Positions 9,420 to 17,506 of a stretch of 64,000 nt of DNA are shown here, piece after piece. The stretch's first letter is position 1; the number at the start of each line of letters is the position of its first letter. A model generated the notes under the pieces. It did not search any database, was not told where the DNA came from, and saw only the letters and a program-made list of their open reading frames with translations. The position numbers and the translations under genes were made by a program. Location: contig JAWLHJ010000007.1 of assembly GCA_041690395.1 (NCBI GenBank), positions 147,895 to 211,894 of the forward strand, in the 5' to 3' direction. This stretch comes from Longimicrobiales bacterium (GTDB lineage Bacteria; Gemmatimonadota; Gemmatimonadetes; Longimicrobiales; Gaopeijiaceae).

Positions 9420-10727
9420 ATGAGGAAGATCGGAGAGCCCGCACGGCGCGAGGTGACTGCGCGTGGCCCGGCCGGAACGGCCGGACTCGGCGCGGCCTTC
9501 GCGAGCCTGCTTTTCATGGCGCTGGTGGCGACGCCGGCCTCGGCCTGGCAGGCCGTTCCGACCGCGGAGCGTCAGGCCGGTCTCGCCGACGCCCGATGGT
9601 CGGCCTTCGTGGGCTGCTGGGAGCCCCTCGGTGCGTCGGAAGAAGAGGCCGAGGTCGGACTGCTTTGCGTCCGGCCGGCCGGACAGGGCGTGGAGATGTT
9701 CACGATCGCCGGCGGCGAGGTGCGCACCAGCGACTTCCTGATCGGTGACGGGCAGCCCCGTCCCATCCGTGCCGAAGGGTGTGAAGGCGAGGAGTCCGTC
9801 TCGTTCTCCAACGACGGCCGCCGCGCCTTCACGCACTCCTCCTACACCTGCGAAGGCGTGACCCAGACGGGGACGGGCATGCTCGCCCACATCGCGTCGA
9901 ATCAGTGGATCGACGTGCGCGCCATCGAAGTCGACGGCGAGCGGACGTCGTGGGTGCAGCGCTACCGTCTGGTCGGGCCGGATCGCGCGGCCGCCGAGGG
10001 CGTCGAGAATCCAGGCTTCGGCATGGAGACCGCGGCCCGCACGGCCCGCTTCGTCGCGCACCGCGGCGTGGGCTTCGTCGAGGTCGAGGAAGCCGCCCGT
10101 GAGGTGGACGCCGAGGCGGTCGAGGGGTGGATCGCGAATCGCCCCGAAGGCTTCGCGCCGACCGCGGAGGACCTCGAAGGGCTCGCCGACGCCGGCGTGC
10201 CCGAGTCCGTCATCGACGTGGTCGTGGCCAAGTCGTTTCCCGAGCGCTTCGCGGTGAACCCCGAGGGCTCGGCGGAGCGTGTGGCCGACCGGGACGATGC
10301 GCGGGCCTACCGCGGGTCCGGGCATCCCGCCGCCTACCGCGGCCGCATTCCGCTCGGCTACCGGATGCTTGGCTACGGCCTGGGCTTCGGCTATGTCCCC
10401 GCCTACGGCTACGGATACAACAGCTACGGGTACGGCTATTCCGGATACTCGGGATACTGGGGATACCGCCCGAGCACCGTGATCATCGAGCGGCGGGCCC
10501 CGGAGCCGCGCGGACGGATCGTGCGCGGTCAGGGGTACACGCGGCCGTCGGGCGGCGATACCGGTCGGAGCGCCCAGCCGCGCGTGCAGCCCGGCGGAGC
10601 GGATCGCTCGAGCGGTGCCTCGGGGGCTCCGCCCAGGCGCTCCGGAGACAGCGCGCAGCCGAGCCGGAACGACCGGCCGACGCGTACCGCGAAGCCGAGA
10701 CGACCCGGCGGCGGCGGGGGATTCTGA
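9420..10727 (+). CDS. Hypothetical secreted protein with Tyr/Gly-rich and disordered Arg/Gly/Ser/Pro tail
   Basis: GGGAG SD; hydrophobic signal (ASA); four Cys in N-domain; YGYGYNSYGYGYSGYSGYWGY segment. Confidence 0.75.
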   Translation: MRKIGEPARREVTARGPAGTAGLGAAFASLLFMALVATPASAWQAVPTAERQAGLADARWSAFVGCWEPLGASEEEAEVGLLCVRPAGQGVEMFTIAGGEVRTSDFLIGDGQPRPIRAEGCEGEESVSFSNDGRRAFTHSSYTCEGVTQTGTGMLAHIASNQWIDVRAIEVDGERTSWVQRYRLVGPDRAAAEGVENPGFGMETAARTARFVAHRGVGFVEVEEAAREVDAEAVEGWIANRPEGFAPTAEDLEGLADAGVPESVIDVVVAKSFPERFAVNPEGSAERVADRDDARAYRGSGHPAAYRGRIPLGYRMLGYGLGFGYVPAYGYGYNSYGYGYSGYSGYWGYRPSTVIIERRAPEPRGRIVRGQGYTRPSGGDTGRSAQPRVQPGGADRSSGASGAPPRRSGDSAQPSRNDRPTRTAKPRRPGGGGGF

Positions 10728-10856
10728 CGGCTCCGACATGTGAGGGCCTGGAGTCACAGCCGGTCCTCCGATCGTGACTCCGCACGCGGGCGCGGCCTGA
10801 CCAGAGGCCGCGCCCGCGCTGCATTCAGGCCGTCCCATGTGCTACCTTTTCCGGCT

Positions 10857-13289
10857 ATGGACGCGACCAAGGGAACGGCTCAGGGCGGGACGGACTTCAT
10901 CCGCCAGATCGTGCGCGAGGACCTCGCGCAGGGGAAGTACGACGGGAAGGTGGTCACGCGCTTCCCGCCCGAACCGAACGGGTACATGCACATCGGGCAC
11001 GCCAAGTCGGTGTGCCTGAACTTCGGCATCGCCGAGGAGTTCGGCGGCCGATGCCACCTCCGGTTCGACGACACCAACCCCGAGAAGGAGAGCGAGGACT
11101 TCGTCCGGCAGTTCCAGGACGATATCCGGTGGCTCGGCTTCGACTGGGGTGAGCATCTCTACTTCGCGTCGGACTACTTCGAGCGCATGTACGAGTGCGC
11201 CCAGGTGCTCATCCGGAAGGGACTCGCCTACGTCGACTCCCAGCCCGGCGAGGCGATCCGCGAGGGGCGCGGGACCGTGACCGAGCCGGGCGTCGAGAGC
11301 CCGTACCGCGACCGGACCCCCGAGGTGAACCTCGACCTGTTCGCCCGCATGCGGGCCGGCGAGTTCAAGGACGGCGCCCACGTGCTCCGGGCGAAGATCG
11401 ACATGACCTCGCCCAACATGCTGATGCGCGACCCGGTGCTGTACCGGATCCGGCACGCGCACCATTACCGGCAGGGCGACGCGTGGTGCATCTACCCGCT
11501 GTACGACTACGCGCATTGCCTCGAGGACGCGTTCGAGGACGTCACCCACTCCCTCTGCACCCTCGAGTTCGAGAACAACCGCGAGCTCTACGACTGGGTG
11601 CTGGACAACGTGGGCTTCGAGGAGCCTCGCCCGCACCAGTACGAGTTCGCGCGGCTCGAGCTCGAGCACGCCGTGCTCTCCAAGCGACGCATCGCTCCGC
11701 TCGTGGCCGCGGGCGTCGTGTCGGGCTGGGACGACCCGCGACTGTCGACCGTGGCGGGCATCCGCCGTCGGGGCGTGCCGCCCGAGGCCGTTCGGCTCTT
11801 CGCCGACATGATCGGCGTCGCACGCACCAGCTCCACCGTCGATGCGGACAAGTTCAGCTTCTCGGTGCGTGAGGCCCTCAACGCCGTGGCGCCGCGGGTC
11901 ATGGCCGTGCTCGACCCGCTCCGTGTCGTGATCACCGACTTCGACGAGGCGCGTGTCGAGCACTTCGACGCGCCGTACTTCCCACCGGACGTGGGCCGCG
12001 AGGGGAGCCGGAAGGTGCCGTTCACCCGCGAGCTCTTCATCGAGCGCGACGACTTCGCCGAGGATCCGCCGAAGGGCTTCCGCCGGCTGGTGCCCGGCGG
12101 CGAGGTGCGGCTCCGGTACGCCTGCGTGATCCGCTGCGACGAGGTCGTGAAGGACGACGAGGGCCGCGTGGTCGAGCTGCGGTGCAGCCACGACCCGGAG
12201 ACCCTCGGAGGCGGCACCCCGGACGGCAGGAAGGTGAAAGGCACCGTCCAGTGGGTGTCGGCCGAGCACGCGCTGGAGGCCGAGGTCCGCCTCTACGGGC
12301 CGCTCTTCCGGTCGCCGACGGCGGGCGACGAGGCAGCGGACGACGGCACCGAGCGTGACGAAGACGACCTGCTGTCGCTCGTCGATCCGGAGTCGCTCCA
12401 GGTGGTCCGGGGCGCCCTGATCGAGCCCTCCGTCGCGGACGACGACGCGGACACGCGCTACCAGTTCGAGCGCACGGGGTACTTCTGGCGCGATCCTGTC
12501 GAGGGCCGCGGAGACGCCCTGGTCTTCAACCGGATCGTGCCGCTCAAGGACTCGTGGGGCCGGAAGACCGCCGCCGACGAGAAGAGCGCGAAGGCTGCGA
12601 ACGACGCCGGGAAGGCGGCCGAGGGCGACGAGGGCGAGAAGAAGCCCCGTGGGAAGGGCGACGACGCCCCACGCTCGTCCCGTGGGCCCGAGCCGGGCTC
12701 CAAGCCGCGCGTGAGCGAGCGGCGGGCCGCCATCCGTGCCGAGGACCCCGTCCTGTCCGTGCGCTTCGACCGATACCGGGACGAGCTCGGCCTGCCGATC
12801 GACCAGGCCGACGTGCTCACCGGCTCGAGGGCGGCCTCGGACTTCTTCGAACAGGCTCGTGCGGAGCATGCCGACGCCGCCGACCTGGCCGCGTGGATCG
12901 CGACGGACCTCCGCGGCCTGCTCGACGAAGGGACCGTCGCGGAGCTTCCGTTCGACGGCGCCGCGCTCGGACGTCTCGCCGCGCTCGTCGCCGACGGACA
13001 GGTGACCCGACGGGCCGCCAAGGAAGTGCTCGAGCGGATGGTCGAGGAGGGCGGTGAGCCCGACGCCCTCGTGGCCGAGATGGGGCTCGCGAAGGTCTCC
13101 GGCACGGACGAGCTCGGCCCCATCGTGGACGCGGTGCTGGCCGACTGGCCCGAGAAGGTCGAGGAGTACCGGGCCGGCAACCAGAACCTGCTCGGGCTGT
13201 TCATCGGGCAGGTGATGAAGAAGACACAGGGCGCGGCCGATCCGCGTCGCACGCGTGAGCTGTTGACCGAAAGACTGGACGCTACCTGA
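10857..13289 (+). CDS. glnS: Glutamine--tRNA ligase with C-terminal GatB/YqeY domain
   Basis: TRFPPEPNGYMHIGHAKS, RFDDTNP, YQFERTGYF; C-terminal NLLGLFIGQVMKKTQGAADP is GatB/YqeY-like. Confidence 0.96.
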   Translation: MDATKGTAQGGTDFIRQIVREDLAQGKYDGKVVTRFPPEPNGYMHIGHAKSVCLNFGIAEEFGGRCHLRFDDTNPEKESEDFVRQFQDDIRWLGFDWGEHLYFASDYFERMYECAQVLIRKGLAYVDSQPGEAIREGRGTVTEPGVESPYRDRTPEVNLDLFARMRAGEFKDGAHVLRAKIDMTSPNMLMRDPVLYRIRHAHHYRQGDAWCIYPLYDYAHCLEDAFEDVTHSLCTLEFENNRELYDWVLDNVGFEEPRPHQYEFARLELEHAVLSKRRIAPLVAAGVVSGWDDPRLSTVAGIRRRGVPPEAVRLFADMIGVARTSSTVDADKFSFSVREALNAVAPRVMAVLDPLRVVITDFDEARVEHFDAPYFPPDVGREGSRKVPFTRELFIERDDFAEDPPKGFRRLVPGGEVRLRYACVIRCDEVVKDDEGRVVELRCSHDPETLGGGTPDGRKVKGTVQWVSAEHALEAEVRLYGPLFRSPTAGDEAADDGTERDEDDLLSLVDPESLQVVRGALIEPSVADDDADTRYQFERTGYFWRDPVEGRGDALVFNRIVPLKDSWGRKTAADEKSAKAANDAGKAAEGDEGEKKPRGKGDDAPRSSRGPEPGSKPRVSERRAAIRAEDPVLSVRFDRYRDELGLPIDQADVLTGSRAASDFFEQARAEHADAADLAAWIATDLRGLLDEGTVAELPFDGAALGRLAALVADGQVTRRAAKEVLERMVEEGGEPDALVAEMGLAKVSGTDELGPIVDAVLADWPEKVEEYRAGNQNLLGLFIGQVMKKTQGAADPRRTRELLTERLDAT

Positions 13290-14719
13290 TGAGACTCCGC
13301 TTCGCTCCATCCCCCACGGGATTCCTCCATGTGGGCGGCGCGCGCACGGCCATCTTCAACTGGCTGCTCGCCCGCAAGGAGGGCGGCGTGTTCGTGCTCC
13401 GCGTCGAGGACACCGACCGCGACCGCTCGAGCGAGGAGCACACGCAGGCCATCCTCGACGGCATGGGCTGGCTCGGTCTCGACTGGGACGAGGGGCCGTT
13501 CTTCCAGAGCGAGGGGGTCGACCGGCACCGCGCCGCCGCCCTCCGGCTGCTCGAGGAAGGGAAGGCGTACCGGGACTTCTCCGACCCGGAAGCCGTGCGC
13601 GAGGAGGCGAAGGATCGGGGCATGCACCCGAGCCGGGTGGCGCGCGAGAAGGCCGAGGCGCTGGGCCCGGCCGAGGCCGAGCGGCGGGCGGCGGCGGGCG
13701 AGGCCCACGCGATCCGCTTCCGTGTGCCGGACGGCGAAACCACCGTCGACGACATGATCCACGGCGAGGTCCGCTTCGGGAACGACGACATCGACGACCT
13801 GGTGATCCTCCGGAGCGACGGCACGCCGGTCTACAACCTGGCCGTCGTCTCGGACGACGCCGAGATGGGGATCACGCACGTCATCCGCGGCGACGACCAT
13901 CTCTCGAATACGCCCAAGCAGGTGCTGCTCTACCGTGCGCTCGGCCTCCCGGAGCCACGCTTCGGACACGTGCCGCTCATCCTGGGCCCCGACGGCAAGC
14001 GGCTCTCGAAGCGGCACGGCGCGACGGCTGTGGGTGACTACGCCAAGGAAGGCATCCTTCCGGAAGCCATGCTCAACTTCCTGGCCCTCCTCGGCTGGAG
14101 TCCGGGGGATGACCGGGAGTTCATGACGCGCGACGAGCTCGTCGAGGCGTTCAGTGTGGAGCGGGTCCTGAAGAAGAGCGCGGTGTTCGACGCCGAGAAG
14201 CTGTCGTGGCTGAACGGGAAGCATCTCGCGGCGCGGCCCCATGAGGAGCTCGTGACCGAGATCCGGGAGCGGCTCGCCGGTACCGAGGGTCTCGACGAGG
14301 CCCTGCTCGGCAATCGCGACGCCACGGAAAGCATCGTGGAGCTCCTGATCCCACGCTCGCGGACGCTCGAGGATCTCGCCCAGCAGGCGATCCCCTTCCT
14401 GCGTGAGCCGGTCGCCTACGACGAGGACGCGGTCGCCAAGCACTGGGCGAAGAAGCCCGAGGCGACCGTCGAGATCCTGGGGCGTCTCCGCGACGCGCTG
14501 GCGGGCGTGGATCCCTGGACATCCGAGTCCGTAGAGCCCGCCGTCCGGGGTGTGGCCGAGGCCCTCGAGGTCGGTGCCGGGAAGGTGATCCACCCGCTCC
14601 GGGTCGCGCTCGTGGGGCAGGCGTCCAGCCCCGGAATCTTCGACGTCCTCGCGGTTCTCGGGCGCGCGCGAACCCTCTCGCGCATCGACGCGGGTCTGGA
14701 GCAGGTGCGCCAGCTATGA
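13289..14719 (+). CDS. gltX: Glutamate--tRNA ligase
   Basis: RFAPSPTGFLHVGG, HVIRGDDHLSNT, RLSKRHGA; TGATG coupling to glnS. Confidence 0.97.
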   Translation: MRLRFAPSPTGFLHVGGARTAIFNWLLARKEGGVFVLRVEDTDRDRSSEEHTQAILDGMGWLGLDWDEGPFFQSEGVDRHRAAALRLLEEGKAYRDFSDPEAVREEAKDRGMHPSRVAREKAEALGPAEAERRAAAGEAHAIRFRVPDGETTVDDMIHGEVRFGNDDIDDLVILRSDGTPVYNLAVVSDDAEMGITHVIRGDDHLSNTPKQVLLYRALGLPEPRFGHVPLILGPDGKRLSKRHGATAVGDYAKEGILPEAMLNFLALLGWSPGDDREFMTRDELVEAFSVERVLKKSAVFDAEKLSWLNGKHLAARPHEELVTEIRERLAGTEGLDEALLGNRDATESIVELLIPRSRTLEDLAQQAIPFLREPVAYDEDAVAKHWAKKPEATVEILGRLRDALAGVDPWTSESVEPAVRGVAEALEVGAGKVIHPLRVALVGQASSPGIFDVLAVLGRARTLSRIDAGLEQVRQL

Positions 14720-14731
14720 GAAAGTGCTTTC

Positions 14732-14761
14732 TTGACGCGCTCTGACAGCGCACATTAGGAT
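14732..14761 (+). promoter_or_regulatory. Putative sigma70 promoter of lexA-like gene
   Basis: TTGACG-N18-TAGGAT in the AT-richer intergenic region. Confidence 0.55.
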
Positions 14762-14813
14762 AGCCGCCCGACAAGCCGGGCCCCTCCCAAATCATCCCCC
14801 CCAAGGGTCGCAC

Positions 14814-15518
14814 TTGGCACGTTCTGAGCCCACCTCACATCGTCTGAGTCCGGCAGCCGCGCCCCAGGCCGAAGCCCTCACCGAGATCGAGCGAAAGATC
14901 CTGGACTTCATGGTCCAGTACCTTCGTGCGAACACGTACCAGCCCTCGATCCGTGAGATCGGGCGCCGGTTCGGCATCAAGAGCACGAAGACGGTCTCGG
15001 AGCACCTGCACGCGCTGGCCGAGAAGGGCTACCTGGAACGGGATTCCTCCCGCTCCCGCGGCGTGCGGATCCTCGGGGTGGACCTGAGCACGGACACCGT
15101 TACGGTGCCGTGCTACGACGAGCTCCCGGCCGACGTCGCCGCCGAGGGGCGCCCGGACGAGCAGCCGACGAAGATCTCCATCGATCGACGGCTGGGCGGG
15201 GAAGAGGGGTCGTTCTTCCTGCGTGCCGGGGCGGAGGATCTGGAGTTGCTGGGCGTCGCCGAGGGCGATCTCGTGCTGGTTTCGCCGGTGACGTCGGCCA
15301 GCGTCGAGGACGGCACCGTGGTGCTCGCACGTACCGGGAGCGCCACGCTCTTCCATCGGGCCCGTCGGAACGGTCGTGGCCTCGTCCTCGAATCCCTGGA
15401 CGCGTCGGGGGAGCAGATTCTGGTGGACGATCCGAAGCGGATCGCCCTGCTCGGTCGCGTCGCGGGCTTCTACCGCAAGATGGACGAGGCGCCGGCTCCG
15501 GGGCCGACCCGGCACTGA
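14814..15518 (+). CDS. lexA: LexA-family repressor with degenerate peptidase S24 domain
   Basis: LTEIERKILDF..YQPSIREIGRRFGIKSTKTVSEHLHALAEKGYL..RGVRI is a LexA wHTH; C-domain retains FFLR..GDLVLV frame; TTG start. Confidence 0.85.
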   Translation: MARSEPTSHRLSPAAAPQAEALTEIERKILDFMVQYLRANTYQPSIREIGRRFGIKSTKTVSEHLHALAEKGYLERDSSRSRGVRILGVDLSTDTVTVPCYDELPADVAAEGRPDEQPTKISIDRRLGGEEGSFFLRAGAEDLELLGVAEGDLVLVSPVTSASVEDGTVVLARTGSATLFHRARRNGRGLVLESLDASGEQILVDDPKRIALLGRVAGFYRKMDEAPAPGPTRH

Positions 15519-15532
15519 CCGCGAGCCGCGCC

Positions 15533-16051
15533 GTGTCCGAATCGGTTCATCCGGACGACCCCGGCGCGCGTGACGACCCCGGAGCCGCCGGCTCCGCCCT
15601 CGAGGCCGAAGACGAGCGTTGGATGCGGCGGGCCCTCGAGCTCGCCCGGGCCGCCGCCGAGGTCGACGAGGTGCCGGTGGGCGCGTTGGTGGTTCGGGAC
15701 GGCTCCGTGCTCGCGGAGGGTCAGAACCGCACCGTTCGTGACAGCGACCCGACGGCCCACGCCGAGGTCGTGGCGCTCCGGGCCGCCGCCGCCGCCCAGG
15801 GGGACTGGAGGCTTCTCGACGCCACGTTGTACGTTACCCTCGAGCCGTGCGCCATGTGCGCGGGCGCGATCGTGCTGGGGCGGGTGCGGCGGGTGGTCTA
15901 CGCCGCGGCGGATCCGAAGGCGGGCATGGCGGGCTCTCTCGAGAATCTCCTGCAGGACGCGAGGCTGAACCATCGCTGCGAGGTCACCGGCGGTGTGCTG
16001 GCCGACGCGTCGTCGCAGCTCCTGAAGTCCTTCTTCCGAGCACGTCGATGA
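15533..16051 (+). CDS. tadA: tRNA adenosine(34) deaminase
   Basis: EVPVGA, DPTAHAE, TLEPCAMC, DPKAG, FFRARR; start (GTG 15533) uncertain. Confidence 0.93.
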   Translation: MSESVHPDDPGARDDPGAAGSALEAEDERWMRRALELARAAAEVDEVPVGALVVRDGSVLAEGQNRTVRDSDPTAHAEVVALRAAAAAQGDWRLLDATLYVTLEPCAMCAGAIVLGRVRRVVYAAADPKAGMAGSLENLLQDARLNHRCEVTGGVLADASSQLLKSFFRARR

Positions 16052-17448
16052 TGTCCAGGTCCGCGGTCCTCGCTCTCACGGCGCTGATGGCCGGCTGCAC
16101 GGTCGTGGGCGCGCCCGCCCCGCTCCCGGCGCCGCCCAGCGCCGAGGCCGTGGGTGGCCGCCCTCCGGCGGGCGTGGAGACCCCGGCGGAGCGGCCCGCG
16201 CCGAGGCCCGTGGCGGAGGCGCCGACGCCTGGGCTCCACACCGGCCTTCGGCCGGTGCGGACGTTCGCGGAGGTCCGTGGCCTGTGGGTCGTGCGCTCGA
16301 GCATGACGAGCGAGGCCGAGGTCCTGGCCATGGTCGACAACGCGGCTTCGGCCGGCTTCAACACCCTCATCGTCCAGGTGCGCGGGCGCGCCGACGCGTT
16401 CTACCGCTCCTCGCTGGAGCCACGGGCCGAGACGCTCACCGGGCCGGACGGCTTCGACCCGCTCGCGCTGGCCGTGGCGGAGGGGCATCGACGTGGGCTG
16501 GCGGTCCATGCCTGGGTGAACACGCACCTGGTCTGGGGCCCGGCACCGAATCCCCGGAGCCCGGAGCACCTGGTGAACGCGCGGCCCGACTGGCTCGGCG
16601 TGCCCCGCGCGCTCGCAGAGGAGCTCTTCACCCTCGCCCCGAACGATCCCCGCTACGTGGACGCCCTCAGGCGCTACGCGGACCGGAATCGCGGCACGGT
16701 CGAGGGAATCTACACGAGCCCGTCACACCCCGAGGTGCAGGCGCGCGTGCACGAGGTGTGGATGGATCTGCTCGGCCGGTACGACCTGGACGGCATCCAC
16801 TTCGACTACATCCGTTTTCCCTCCGGGGATTTCGACTACTCGCGGGGCGGCCTGGAACGCTTCCGGGCATGGGTGGCGGCCGGGAACAGCGGGGCGGTAG
16901 GGGGCGGCCTGGTGCCGGGATCGGCTGGCGTCCCCGAGCGTTTCTCCACCGCCGGCGAGGCCCTCGCGTTCGTCGATGCCCACCCCCAGGCGTGGGCCGA
17001 CTTCCGGCGGGAGCAGATCACCGGGCTCGTGCGCCGCATCTACCACGACGTGAAGGCGCGCCGGCCTGAGGTGGTGGTGTCGGCCGCGGTGATCGCCGAC
17101 GCCGACGACGCGTTCCGGCACCGCTTCCAGGATTGGCCCGGCTGGCTGGCGGAGGGCATCCTCGACATCGCGGTGCCCATGGCGTATACGCCCGACAACG
17201 CGCGCTTCGACCGACAGATCGCCGAGGCCCGGAGCGCCGCGGGCGTCCGGGAGCGCGTCTGGGCCGGAGTGGGGGCCTACCTCAACGGGCTCGAGGGCAC
17301 CCTCGACAAGATCGACCTCGCGCGGGCGCACGGGGCCGGCGGCGTCGTCCTCTTCTCCTACGACTGGGCCGTCGAAACCGCGCCGGGCGAGGACGACGAG
17401 CCGTTCCTCGACCGGGTCGCGCGGGAGCGCTTCCGCCCGGTGCCCTGA
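16048..17448 (+). CDS. Glycoside hydrolase family 10-like (GHL10/YddW-type) lipoprotein
   Basis: Lipobox LMAGC; EVRGLWV, FNTLIVQVRGRADAFY, YDLDGIHFDYIRFP, PMAY. Confidence 0.88.
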   Translation: MMSRSAVLALTALMAGCTVVGAPAPLPAPPSAEAVGGRPPAGVETPAERPAPRPVAEAPTPGLHTGLRPVRTFAEVRGLWVVRSSMTSEAEVLAMVDNAASAGFNTLIVQVRGRADAFYRSSLEPRAETLTGPDGFDPLALAVAEGHRRGLAVHAWVNTHLVWGPAPNPRSPEHLVNARPDWLGVPRALAEELFTLAPNDPRYVDALRRYADRNRGTVEGIYTSPSHPEVQARVHEVWMDLLGRYDLDGIHFDYIRFPSGDFDYSRGGLERFRAWVAAGNSGAVGGGLVPGSAGVPERFSTAGEALAFVDAHPQAWADFRREQITGLVRRIYHDVKARRPEVVVSAAVIADADDAFRHRFQDWPGWLAEGILDIAVPMAYTPDNARFDRQIAEARSAAGVRERVWAGVGAYLNGLEGTLDKIDLARAHGAGGVVLFSYDWAVETAPGEDDEPFLDRVARERFRPVP

Positions 17449-17506
17449 GAGGGTCTGCGGCTGCACCCCGATTCGGCGGTGCCTCGAGCTCGGCCGCTCA
17501 GGCCAC

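Noticed and set aside
10381..10470. Short tandem repeats as a CRISPR array or VNTR
   Set aside because: In-frame degenerate codons for Tyr/Gly/Ser; no spacers and no cas genes
645..13310. Long antisense ORFs (e.g. 645-2075, 3722-5344, 5583-8288, 10842-13310; similar ones at 49902-54200)
   Set aside because: Shadow frames of high-GC genes with clear sense-strand family motifs; the antisense products show no recognisable domains
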